From positions 31,248,001 to 31,312,000 of the forward strand of contig CAIIXF020000001.1 of NCBI GenBank assembly GCA_903813345.2: a stretch of 64,000 nt of DNA, written 5' to 3'. The notes beneath the pieces are model-generated. The model was not told the origin of the DNA, ran no database searches, and saw only the letters and a list, made by a program, of their open reading frames with translations. Made by a program: the position numbers and the translations under genes. Origin of the DNA: Owenia fusiformis. Lineage: Eukaryota. This document shows, piece after piece, positions 10,926-24,900 of this stretch (positions are counted from its first letter, which is position 1; every line of letters begins with the position of its first letter).

Positions 10926-12940
10926 GACAAGGGGGGGTCCTAATCCATAATTTTTCAGAGTTGGATTGATATTTTACTATCATGGGGACTTCACTTGAAA
11001 GAAAACATACAAAAAAACAAACATGTATTTATACCCAGAAAGTACTTATGGTGAAAGATATGACCGTCTAAAATCACTTGCCATACTGCACATGGACCTT
11101 TGGTTGTTAGATTCTGGATCCCCCAATGAGTTTGTTATTCTTCTCACAAATATAGTTGAGAAAGTAATTCATTTTAGATATAGAGTGAATAAATTGTAAT
11201 AATGTTTTGTGCAGAATCTGAGATAGAGAGCAATATTTTCAAAACTTGTCACATTTTTGAGTTGTTTGGCTCATGCTGTTTTTGTCATGTCTTATTTGAA
11301 AATTAAAAGCCAATGTTTTTTGTCTGCTTTTAAAGTGTAATTTTAGTTCATTATTTTGAAGAATTTATACATTCTGGATGTTTTAAAGATGTAATAACAG
11401 TACAATTTGATAATTATTGTTATATCATGAACCTTTTTTGAGAAAATGAGTGTTAATGAGCCCCAGTTAATGAGCATGATTGTGTTCCATTTATATCAGT
11501 CTCTATGACACATTTTACTTTTAAATTAAATTTACACAGTATATGAGTATACTGTACTTTACACAATATATGACTACAGGATGGACAGTACGAGTCCTTA
11601 GAAGCAGGGATGACAAAACATTTTGTATTTTTGAGATTGATATAACAGAAGATGATAGATGTGTTTCTCTTACAAAAATGTATTCTAGTCCTTTAAATGT
11701 AGTTGAATAAATTGTTAAAACTACATGTAGTCTGGTTTATCTGTGCCTTACTTTGTATACAGCATATTTATACAATACAGTATTATGATATTAAATATGA
11801 TTGTTATTACATTGATTAATGAATGATGTTTGTAATATTGATAATGAAAATCAAGTAAACTGAAGTCATTTAAGATTAACAGAATAAAAAAAATGAATGA
11901 AAAACTTTGTGTCTGTTCAATTTTATTTAGAATGCAAAAGCACTCTACACCTTGCAAAACATCATTTGAGTTGGCCAACTTCCTGCATAGACATTATAAA
12001 ATGTCACAAGCATTCGCTAGCAAAATATTTTTATGATCCCATGATTTTATTCTGTTTATTTTGTTTATAACAATTTTGGGGTAAAAATATATCTGTGAAG
12101 TCACCTGTCAATAATTTGCATACAATAAAGGTTTAAAGAAAAAATTTGAAGAATCAGCAATTTATGAAAATGGAGATACTTCAAACAGGTTAGATTTAAT
12201 AAACATTGGGAGTAAAGAACTGTTTATACATATCAGGAATTTGAGGTTGATATAGCTATTTTCTCCAAGATTTGTCTATTTCTACTTCTAAAACAGATTT
12301 TTTTCATGTGAAGTAGTTTGGACACTATTATTTTGATTATCGATGTAAGGTATGGTTAAATATTAGGACATTTGGTCTGACACTGGACCCATAATTTGGA
12401 TATTTGTGTGTTATTAATGTGTAATTTCCAATTATAGATTATTATATGAATCACTTGTTACAGGATCATTGAAATTGTAACAGGTTTGCATGAGAACAAA
12501 TCTGAGTGTTCAGCTCCTGGATATTTTGAAAATTGAAGATATTCCTTAAAAGTGGGAGCATATTTGTTGTATTATGAAGTCAGCATATCTAACAAATGTG
12601 AGAAAACTTGTGATTCAAACATTAGTTTTCTGAATGTTATTCCCCGGGTGATTGTGATGTTCGTTTCGTTTAGCGCAATTCAATTAGTGAATACGAAAAC
12701 ACGGATCTGTAAATTTACCACATTGCTAGCTCTGTAAATTAGCATTCATGCTAAAGGCAAATTGAAGAAATTTGGAGTTTACTTTGTCTTGGAATTAAAC
12801 GATAGTGCTCCACCAAACCACGTAAAATGAAACATCGTTAATTTTTAAAATGTGTGAAGATGTAAGATGACGTCTAATAAGTGCGATCGGACATTAGAAT
12901 ATGGATAAAACGACGAAGAAGAAGGACTAAAAATTTCAAA

Positions 12941-15900
12941 ATGGCGTCCCAAATTTTAATGTTTATCTTTGTGCTTGGGACACTTTCTCAAGGAATCCAC
13001 CATACAAAGGCTTCATCTAAAAGTAAAACGCAGCCTTACAAGCCTAGTCAAATGGGAATACTGCATTTTAATAATCCCCAACTACTATCTGGTGCTAATG
13101 ACTTTTTAGATGGAGACAATTATTTCTTTGATCACAGTGAAGATGCAGTGGACCCTTCTCTCGTTGGAGGAATTGTTCTCTCTAGGGAGGCAACCTCTAT
13201 TGCATCAAGATTGAGGGACCTCAGTAAGAAAGAACTGGGAGTTCCAGCTATGCAGGTACACTCAATTATATGCATGTTCAGGGGTTTGTTTTCCAGCGAG
13301 AAATCTAGCCCCATAGATCTACTGGTATTTTTAATGGGGCAATGTCAGACTATCCTCAATTCCTCTATTCAAAGGAAATGACCACTTACATGCCCTAAAC
13401 TTATGAAAAAAAGTTCAGCTCAATCCGTCAACATTTTGACCCCCCTGCCACATTTTCTCACGCCCATTCGCTACCATGTTAAATTCCTCTGAAAGTCGCA
13501 GAAAGTCAATTTCGTCATGTTTGAGACCCATTTTCTATCAAAGGCACTCCAGTGATTTTCATCAAATTTACTTAAATAGTTCACAGCGGGCGAATTGCTG
13601 TTCTGACGCGTCAAATTGGTTCATGCTTTTCATTCCTGAGCTCGCCGATAGATGTCTCGCGCTATAAATATATATTATATGACGTCAAATATATATTATA
13701 TGGGAATGACGTCATACTATATTTTCGTCCAGTGTATAATGAAATAGCGCACCTAGCGGATGGCGCGTAGTTTAAAATTCTCAACGGCTGTGGTTGTTCA
13801 ATATGTTTTTGATCCATGGTTAAACCTAGAGATGGTATACTTTGCCTTGAAAATAATTGTTTGAGCATTGATTTTTAAGAATGTGCTATAGTAATGCTAA
13901 CCTGTGTCAGTTTTTAAGCTCAAACAATTATTTTCTCAGAAATGAGGCAGAAACTTTCTATATGTGAGTCTATCAGCCTGTTGATTGGTTGAAAAAAGGT
14001 CAACATGGTAGATTTAAAATAATTTATGACCTTGGCTGTCACATGGACTGATCACTGTAACTAAACTGTAATATCATAGATACTAGTATTCCGTAATTCC
14101 GCGGCGTGGACAGAATTTGACAAAACTTCAATTTTTTGCAGAATCCCTGATTTTCATGAAAATCCAGCGGGACTACCAGAATTTCCAGAAATTACATATT
14201 TTATGATCTCCTACCTTTGCGGGGTATTTGAAGAGTGTCTGTTTATGTCCAACAATCAATCATTATTGAGTACAAGTACGATTCCAACATTCTATCACGT
14301 TTAAATTCGCTAAAGCGAGTTCGCTAATGACGCACAGTTCTTACCTAGAAAGTAGCTGACTTCCATTTCCGTTTTCTACGTCAATTTTCATCGTTTTAAA
14401 AGATTGCAGAATTTGGACTTTTTTGAAAATTTGTGCAGAATTTCGATTTTCTCCTTGCAGAATTTGCTTTTTTTCTTGCAGAATTTTTTGCAGAATTTTG
14501 ATTTTTTTCATGCAGAAAACTAGTATCTGTGTAATATTTTCTACTCAAGGGAGAGGGTAGTTTATAACTAAGACTCTGCGTGCAGGGTTTGATTGAAGAA
14601 ATTGAAGTTTTTGATCAGTCGAGGCCAAATATCATAACATAATAGACTTTGATAAGCAGTTAGGTCAGCAGCATCTTCCTTATGGACTCTAGGTCCTCCC
14701 TTTACCTTACCCTGGCTTTGGGTGGCATGACTTTGTCCTGTTATTCTATAATACAAATATTCAGTCGTCAAAAGTTGTTTTTTATCTGAGAGGGTATCTC
14801 TGCTTTGTTGTGACATCATCAAACTTTATGTAGGTTAGAGCATCCACTAAAACTGAGAATTCTCCTTGGATATGTAAGGTTTGGGGACATGCCTTCCAAG
14901 AAAGATAAGAGAATTGACCCTTGTTTCAATATAACCTGTCTAACTGGTGCGTTGCCTAGCAGCTTTAACAGTGTTAAACATTACACATTTATGAATATAA
15001 GTTAATCAGTATTTTTGCATTATATTTCAGACTATATTTGATTCCATGCCCTATGAAGACAAACCACCTGCAGCAAGTGATGCAATAGACACTCTGGCAT
15101 ATAGTCTCCAGAAGAAATTTAACCGTTCTCTCGCAGTTCTACGTACTAACAAAGTAACAGTGGAATATCTCTATAGGTTTCATGTGAAAGTACCAATCAC
15201 AGCAAGATCGAGTTGTTGTGACCTTGATGCTGAAGTTCTAAAGTAAGTACCAACTAGTGGTGTAACGAGTGACTCGGGTAATCGACTAGAACTCGAATGA
15301 GCCTAGAAAAATGATCAATCGATTGAAAATTTGAAATTCGTGACCCTAAAAATTTCTGAGAAAAATCGCGATTTACCCTCCATACTCACGATTTAAGCAA
15401 GGATTATAGCTGCCTTTACGTTTTTTTAATAAATTACATATCTTCTGACTATATCCGGCAGATTGTTTTGTTGATTTAATTGTCAGTTGATGAGAAAAAG
15501 TATGAGAATCGTATTCATTGCTTTTTATGTTTGTTTATATCCGGTATATCGTATGCGCATGCGCATATGAATTTTGACGGAAGTGGGAATTTTGAAGTCG
15601 AAAAAATCCATAAAAGGCTTATATCATTGCTAATATACGGGTAATGTGCGTCTAAAACATCCAAAACGGAACTCAATCCGTTCAGAACTACATCATTGAG
15701 TGGTCATCAAACCAAAAGTCGATGTAAGTCAAGACAAATGCCTTGATTTTCCAGGTTCTAATTTTCTCAAAATTTTAAAAAAATAATCGCCAAAATCGTC
15801 TACTCGATCGTCAAATTTATCATTCTACTCGAGTAGAGATTTTGGTGGCGAGTCCCACCACTAGTACCAACTATAAGGCTGAGATAAACATATAATAAAT

Positions 15901-18900
15901 TGCAGGGACGATCACAAGACATGGACATATTTTTATTATAATATTATATCTGATTTATTTTACTTTAACTGAGTGGAGGGGGGCGCAGTGCTTGAACTAA
16001 GCGTCGGTCCGTCGGTCATGACTGACAGATTCATAGAACGGACCAGCTGAGTTGATGGTCAATTTGACCGGCATGGACACCATATCTCAGATTACCCCAA
16101 CTTATGAATGTCCGGCACAAAAACGAAGTAGCTTCTTTAAGTACAATTTGCTTACCTTGAATACAATGATTCTGAATCATCAATTTGATGAAAAAGTTTA
16201 CGAAATTTCATTTTTAGTTTCCTCTCCATTTTCGCTAAAGCGAGTAATTTAACATGATATAATTCGAAGATTTTGATTGGTCTAAAATCAGTTTCTCGAG
16301 GAAACAGCTAGGGTATATGACTCCGGGAATTTGATTGGCCGAAATACCGGAAGTATCAAAAATGCCCAAAATTTTTGATATTTTTAATTTTGCTCAAGAA
16401 CGTGACAAAAACAACACTAAAACAGAAGAGGTCGTCCCCAAAAAGAAGCAGCGGTATGACAAGGAATACGAGGAACAAAAACGCAAGCGTAAATTCTGTC
16501 AGCATTGGCAAAAGACCCACGAATGGGAGTCAATATATGAATATATGAATATGTAGAAAGGTGCTATAATATAAGAGTAGATTAAAATTCACGTTTTTAT
16601 TCTTTTATTTTGATTAACAGTAAAATATATGTATGACCAGTTCAATTTTATACGGACCAGTAACTTTTTGAAAAGTGCTGGTCATTTGACCAGCAAGTTT
16701 TTTACGGACGACCTGATACATTAAAAGTGGCAGTCCGTATGACCAGCAGAAAAATGGAGCTTAGCTCAAGCACTGGGGGGGGGGGGCGGGAGTCCCTAAT
16801 AAGTTAAATGGTTTAAATCAATCTTCTTGAAATATATTTTAGATAAGAAATATTTATTTTATTAAAATGCAAGATGTATATTTTGTTTTTCCAGATCTGA
16901 AGATAAATATAGATTTAATAAGGTGACCCATAAGTTAAGTTGTGACCTCATCTCACCAAGTGCCCCCAAAGGAGCCTTCAACCCAGGACGCAATCTCACT
17001 GAAGGTATGTTTGTCTCATTAGTAATAAATGCATTTCTCCAAGTGTATTAACATGTCATACATTACACCTGTCAATGTTTTTAGATTCTATAAAATGTTG
17101 ACAACCATGGAGTATTTTTATCTTTAATTGTATTTTCTTAGAATACTCTCCCCTTGTTGAGTGTTCATGTACATTGTAAATTCAATTGTCCTGCCTTGTT
17201 TCATCTAAGGAACCAGGTCAATATTATAACTTTGTCTAAAAATGGTCTAATCACACGGCAGATGGACTCCCTCTTTATATTTCTGTAGTAGAAGAAATCA
17301 GTTTTTTTTATTTAAGCATTTGTAAATCTAATGATACTATACTGTGAGTCTGTGACTGACATTATCAGATTGTGAATTTTTGTTTCAGTGTTTCAACATA
17401 ATGTGCAACTTATACCTAGTTTAGTGTGGCAATATTTTATCTCATCTATGGGAATTCACAATGAGTTTCCAGCCTGTAAGTTCACCAGCACCAACCTTCC
17501 ATGTGGCAGTTTGCAGGACATTAGACATAGGTTAGCCTTTTCCCCATTTTTATGTCACCATCCTAAGTGGTGACATGTTGTTATAGTCTCAAATTTTTTT
17601 GTGGTAGAAATTGTATATCAATATTTTATGATTTTTCGTAACTCTAAAATGTGTGCATTACCTAAATATGCCATTGGCTTACTTCTTCAGAAAGCATCTT
17701 AATTCTGAATGAATAATCATATGCAATATAGTGTTCCTTTGACCCAGCTCTTTTTACACTGTGCCCCAGCTATTGAAACTTTCCATGTCCACTTGAGCCA
17801 AGTTTTTTCCATTCTATTTTAGTATTCATTGGAATTTTATTATTCCAGAATCATTTGTTTTAACCATGGAAATGATGAAAATAATGTACTCAAGAATTAT
17901 TGACTTAAAATAAGCTTCTGACTTCATATCACTAATTTTCCTTTATTGCAGAGATGTGTATTTGTCCACAGTTCAGCCTCAGCGCAAAAATGTTGTGATT
18001 CTAATGGACCATGGGAACTCATTAAGTCACAATCAGTTGGTCATGTCCAAGGCAGTGGCTGCACATATTATAGAGAGCCTCTCTGAGAATGACAGAGTGG
18101 GGATGATTGCCCTCTCAGGGCGGGCTCACTATCCTCGCTATGATAATTGCCTGTCAAAGAAATTGGCCCCATTGTCGTATGAAGCCAAACTCTACTTCAA
18201 TAAATTCATCCAGAATTTGGAAAAACAAGATAGTAAGTTTTCTTCTTACAATGCATATTGCTGTAATTTATTTTAGAGAACTTTATATTTGATACTCTTG
18301 ATTTTAGATTATCATTTTGAATAACATGAATTTACTTTATTTGAATAAGAACTAAGCTGCATCACATAATACATTTCAGCTAAAATGCAATTAATTTCCC
18401 CAACTTTTTTAAGAACCATATTGTACAATAGAGTCGTACTTGTGTATTAAATAATGACGAGGACATTTTGTTTACTTCAGCCTCAACTAACCATTCACTG
18501 GGCTTCAAGGCAGCATTCAACATGATTCGTCATTCGAGACCCAACACAAACTCTACACAAACATCAGGTAAGTAAGGGGTAGAAAATTTCCTGATTGTGC
18601 ATGATTCCTTTACTGAACATATCAGCAGAGGTCTACATGTGTTGTGTCAAAATCATACCTGATGAGATGGTGGTGTGCAATAACATGATCTGTGCTTTCA
18701 TTAACGCCGTCCCATAATGGAGAGGACCCGGGTTTTTTACTTTAGGGACCCCAAACAATGAAAATGAGGGGTCACTTGGACACAGTGCAGGTCATATCAA
18801 AAAAATCAACTCTGGATGAATGTATTGGTAAAAATCTTACCTTCAGTCTTTTATTTGGTCAAAATCTGCTAAATAAGCGAAGGATATTCTATTTTTAAAA

Positions 18901-21900
18901 GAAATAAAATTTTCTTTCAGAGTTTCTTTCCCGGAAGTTGATTTCCGATCAAAATAGTATGAGATATGTGATGGGACAATCACTAGTGGTTGATTTCCGA
19001 GCGATAATTGGTACGAGTCCTATGATTGGCCGTGATTATTAATCGCGCATGCGTCGTAATAAGTTTAACTAATCAAATTGCTGGATTTGTTGCTCATGGG
19101 CAAAAAACTGAACCAAAAAATGGAACCTCACGGAGATTGCTCCTAGTGAAACTTTCTGAGAGATCAAAATCAATAGCAAATTGCTTCGAAATACGCGAAG
19201 AAAAATGGTATTTAATGGTTGAATATTAGTTATCTCTTTCAAATGAAGGTATCTGCATCATTTAATGACCTACTAGACGTGTGTAGAACACTGATGTGGG
19301 CCAAAAAATGGCAAAGCTGATGCAGTTTTCATCAATTTTTTTCGTTCATTGCAAAAATGTGACTTTGAATTCTCGGGAACCTTTTTTCATGGGGACGCAC
19401 TTTTTTGAGGGGGGACGCAATTTTGGAAAATCAATCCGTCCCAGGGAAGCACTTTTGGACAAGCCTACTGAAAGCACTGATGATACATAATTTGATGCAT
19501 AGTCTTGTTAAATAGCTGGGATTGAAATAATGTACCATTTGTTTTATATATAAGTAATTGTCAACTTAATATCCAGGTTTTTTAGTGCCGGTAATGTATT
19601 ATGATAACTCACTGTATGTCTTGATCACTTTATGGAATTACATGTCAGTAAATGTTTCTGTTGTCAAGAATGTATACAGTACTGTTGTGTCATTCCTTGT
19701 ATATGGTTGTAACCAATGTGACCTTAGTAAGGGTAAAACATGTTTGGTTAATCTTACAAAGTTAATATAGAATTTTGATATGTACCTCACTTACTGGCCA
19801 TAAGCATATGCCACTTTCTTATTTTAGACAAATATCTGATTGCCTATGTGAGTCGTGGTCTGTTGTCTCCCCTAACTGAAGCCAAGGCTGTAATGACAAC
19901 CATAGCACAACAACAAGCAAGAGTTGACAACTCTGTCATTATAAACACCTATATAGTCATAGATGGTAAGACTCGCCTTACATAGTTATAGATGGTAGAA
20001 CTTGCCTCAAATAGTCATCAATTGTTAAGGCATGTGTAAAATTACCTCACTACCAGAGTGTATTTGCTGGTTACTTTTGAAAATGAAAAAAAACTTTTTA
20101 CCCTGGTCTGTCAGGATTTATCACATAGAATAGAAAAGATATCATTTCATGCAGTTGCAAAAAATTCAGTGGAGAAGTGTACTCTGCACAGTATATGCAT
20201 TTTTGCCATGTTTTGTAGAGGGCAAGCCTATAATGTATGAGAGAAGCTTCCTGTCTGCCATAGCTGCCCAGGACTTTGAGAACTACAATATTAAGAGACC
20301 TGTAGAACCTCCTGCCATCATGGTAAGTTAACCACATTGCAAAGTGAATGTGGATTTATTAATCAGAGGTACTAGAATTCCGTTTTCTACGCCACAGCAG
20401 AAAAATGCAGAATTTTTAGTTTTGCAAAAATTTGCAGAATATTAAATTTTGTTGATTTTCAAGGAATTCATGCTTTGAGAACATAAATTGAACTGAAAGC
20501 TTACCTAGCATTGTTTTAGGTGCTTGTAGATCATTTGGATCATTTTTAGCTCACTTTTGTTGCAATTTAAACAGAAAATTGACATAGATAAAACTTCATT
20601 TTTTGAGGTTGCTTTGTAAGGAACACCTAATTTGAGTCACAAAATATGACTAGAGAACTGAACTGAACTAACCGATTACCTTGCCATCCTTATTTAAAAA
20701 TGATTTCTATCAACCTTCACCTATGCATTTTCCATTGCTCCTGGCCAATATATCATATCTATATTGTTACTAAATATATCTGTTGTTCAACATTTATTTT
20801 GATTTTCACACTATTTCAACAAAAAATGCCATGAAAAAATGCAGCGATAAAATGCAGAATTTCACACTTTGACTTGCAGAATTTTGAATCTTTTCATAGT
20901 TTTTTTTGCAGAATTTTGTTCTAAATAGTTTGAAGATTCAATATCACATAAATTGTCGTTGTGCAAATATAATCTCTCTTGGCTTTAAGGAATATGCAAT
21001 CTTACCTATTGAATTATATGCTATCTATTGATTGTCTTCAAGGTTATACAAATAGCATAGGCTTAAGTTTTTCAAAACAACAATGAGTTTGGTTCACTTT
21101 TGCTGTACCAAGTAATATTTGGTTATTTAAAATTTGCTATTATTATTTGCAGAAGGGAGAGATGGTTGAAGTGAATAGTACAAGAGATCTGAGCCAGTCA
21201 GTGGGCAAGTTCTACGAGGCTTTTGATGTCCCTACATCTAACCAGTCTCGTTTTTCCCTGCCTTATGTGGACCTTGCAAAAGAAAGTAAGTAGCAGTGTT
21301 CTCATGTGGACCTGCCAAAAGTGTCTCACTTTTCTCTGTCTTATGTAGACCTCCCAAAAGAGAGTCGTGGGTTTCCATGTAATACTTACATAACGAAGTG
21401 CTGCTAAAAATGCCACAATATTTAATCAAAATCAATGTCAGATGTCCCATATTTGAATCTAATAGAAATGGTGAGAGTGGTATGAAGTAAAATAAAGTAG
21501 ATTTACAAGAGGTTCATCTATCCACCTTTTATGATCATTTATTGATGTTATATAGATCTAGAGTTCTTCTTTCATCAAATAATTTTTTGTCAGTAAGTGA
21601 AAACAAATTCTGCAATTTTTTAAATAAGCCTAATAGGATTTTGATATTTAGTCATTTTAGATACGATACATGGGATGAGTCTTAATATGACTTTCACCTT
21701 CTACTTCTAGGGCTTGTGATGAGTATAACCTGGCCATGTTTCTCAGAGGGGAGACTCTCACCAAAGAAGGTGATAGGAATCATGGGTCTTGATATTGACA
21801 TGGCAGATATTGTACAGGACATTACTTACTACAATACAGATATGTCTTCCTATGCCTTCCTTCTCAACACTGATGGTATGTACCTCTACAGCTCACGCGA

Positions 21901-24900
21901 TACTTTCCATCATTTTAGGGAATTATAAGAAAAAACACAGAAATTCATGATTTTTCGACAGATTTCTTTCCATTTCAGTTTGTATTATGTTTATGCGCTA
22001 TCTTTGTACAATAGTTTCTGATGTTGTTTTTTATTTATTTACAGGTATTGCTGTGATGCATCCAGCTATCACCAGGCCCATACAGACCATAGTTCAACCA
22101 ATGCACACTGACATTCGACACTTTGAGACAAACAGGGGCTTTATTGCTATTAGAGAGAAGATCATCAATACAGCTAGCGGAGTTGAAGTTATGGCTATAC
22201 ATGTGAATGGTTCTGATGTGCACCCCAATGACTCTCCCTTACACCCAGGAGTCTACCAAGCTAAATATTCTTGGAAAAGGGTAAGTGGAAACAGTGCTAT
22301 GTACATGGTGACCCCAAGAATGCAATCTTTTGATTTTGGAGCCACTTTCTCAATTATGATGGAATCTTTGTAAATCTTCCTAGACAATGTCCAATGAGTG
22401 GATTAGTATTGTTTATTTATATCAAAATTTTGGTTTACAGAAACAATGCTTTCTGTCTAAGCGACTCTCGTTTTGTTAGTTGGCATTTGCTACCCCTTGG
22501 AATTGCTTTTTTCTAGTTATCCATATTTGCAATTATTTTAGATTGTTGGTACTCCATTGATTGTGGTAATCAAAGATCTGACAAGTAGAGAACGAATGAA
22601 GGAACTTGCAGATGTATCAGGTATATACCTTACTTGCCCTCTTAAAGATTTTTATGAACTTACATGATACATTTGTGAAAATTCAGGAATACCAATGCAG
22701 GTCGATCCTTATAAATATATAAGAATTTATTGTAAAATCTGTTGACTTGACATTGAAACATTTTTAAACAAGTATTAATGATCCAAAGACTTGTGTACTT
22801 CAAGAAACAAATTCTGTCTTATTGTTGATAATACTTTAAGTCTTCTAGGTTTCTTTGATATAAATCAGCATCACTCAGTATATCTTTGTTTATTTCAGCT
22901 TCAAACCAATCTCCCACAGATGTGTATCACAGGTTAGACCTTCTCCCCACAGATGGCACTTGTTTGCATATGAAACAAGTGGCCACATTTGATTCTGGGA
23001 CATTATTTGTTTCTGCCCAGGGATTTAAGAAGCCGTATGACTATCTATCAGATGATGAGACTAAATACATGGTGAAGGGATACATGGCTTATCTCAAGGA
23101 TAACACAAATTTGATCACTAATCCTGGAATAAAGGTAAGAATATTTTGTATAATCAGTATCTTAAATGGTTTGGTTTTTAATTAAGTTGATCAGCTTGTA
23201 TAAATGAATTGTCAAAAGTTGCACTATGCAAATAAGAAGATGTGTTCAAATATTTCACTAGAGTGTATAATGTTGTTGTATTTTCTAGGATTCAGTTAAA
23301 AATGATGCTGGAGTGTTGGCCAAGATCAACTCGGAGTGGGTCAGGCAGTTCTTCAACAGTTATGAAAATGATTACATCGTGCGAAGGTAGCGAATCTCTT
23401 AATAACATTCTTTGTATGAGTATAGTAAACCCTGATAGACTATTGATGGAGAATATCATCCTTTAAAAAAAACATTTCGAAATATGTTCTGTGTCACTGT
23501 AAAATGTCACAATTATATGACATCGTGATAATATTTTTTGACCTCTTTTAACTGTTTTAATTTTATTATTCTCATTCATCTTTAGTAAAAACTATTACTG
23601 TATTCTTTGATTTTCTGATTTTTGGGATGTCGGCTCCAAAAGGACATGTTGACGTTTATTTGATTTAGCAGTTTTTCAAGTGGATAAATCCCATATCTAA
23701 TGCAAACCAACCTATCATGTCAGGTGTCCCTTACACTCTCCCGTCTAACTCAGTTTAAGATACCCATTGTCAGTGTTCTTAATTAACTATTTCTGAATAT
23801 TTGTAAGTTAAAACGGCCCCAGCAATCTTGGTATATTTCTTATGACCAGAAGTATTCCTGGAGAATTTGTTAAGTATTTAATTTGGCAATTTTTTTAATT
23901 CACCAAATTAAAGACAAATACAGTTTATGTTACTTGGAACAATCAATCAATCAGTCAATCCACCTTATTATTTCTACAATTTATTTCAGGTATGTTGCAA
24001 CTCCGAGTGGTGTGATGCGTGTATTTCCTGGTACATTACTGGCCAAATCCATGGACCCAACCAAGCGTCCATGGTTCCGTCGTGCACTAGAATTCCCAAG
24101 TAAAGTTGTATTTACTGCACCATATTTGGACATAGGGGGCGCTGGGTACATTGTCACAATGAGTCATACCATATATGAGGGAAAGTAAGTCATGTTTTGC
24201 AAATCAAAGAATGATTATTTTGAAATTTTGATTTTTGATATTTACATGTAATGAGTTTGCAATTAATTTCAATGAAATAGCGTAAGTAATGAAATCAGTA
24301 TATTAAAGTATCTAAGTTTTAATTTTTTACATATATCTGATCAGGTATTATACTACTTTGATTGTTGCTTCAGGCTTTAATACATGATCAATTTGATGGT
24401 TGCATGTAATAGCCTTATTCATATTGAAAAATTAAATAAAAAGATTTTTTTAGCCTAATCAAACTGTAATGGTTGTCCTTGCAGGCCTGCTGCCCTACAT
24501 AAGAAAACTGACAGAGTGGTAGCAGTTATGGGAATAGACTTTACACTTGGCTACTTCTACAAGATGTTAGTACAACAAATCCCCCAGTGTCAATATGATA
24601 CCATGCGCTGTTTCCTATTTGAAGACAGGGGCTACCTAATTGCCCACCCAGGTGTCATGGAGCCCAATGGGAAAGGCCCTGTGGAACAACAACATATCAC
24701 CCATAAAGAACCCCTGGTTGCTAATGATATCCTCAACCACAATCAGTTTGTTAAGAAACAGTTGTGCAACAGTTACAATGACCGTACAGTCCAGCGCATG
24801 TACACATTTAACACTACAGCATACAGAGTCCTGACTAACTTAGTACATGGGGAACACTGTGCTAGGTATCAGACCACACCTATACCTGGGAGCAATCTCT

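Noticed and set aside
12881..12940. GTG-initiated N-terminal extension of CACHD1 in the ORF track
   Set aside because: The ATG at 12941 has a strong context and directly begins a signal peptide.
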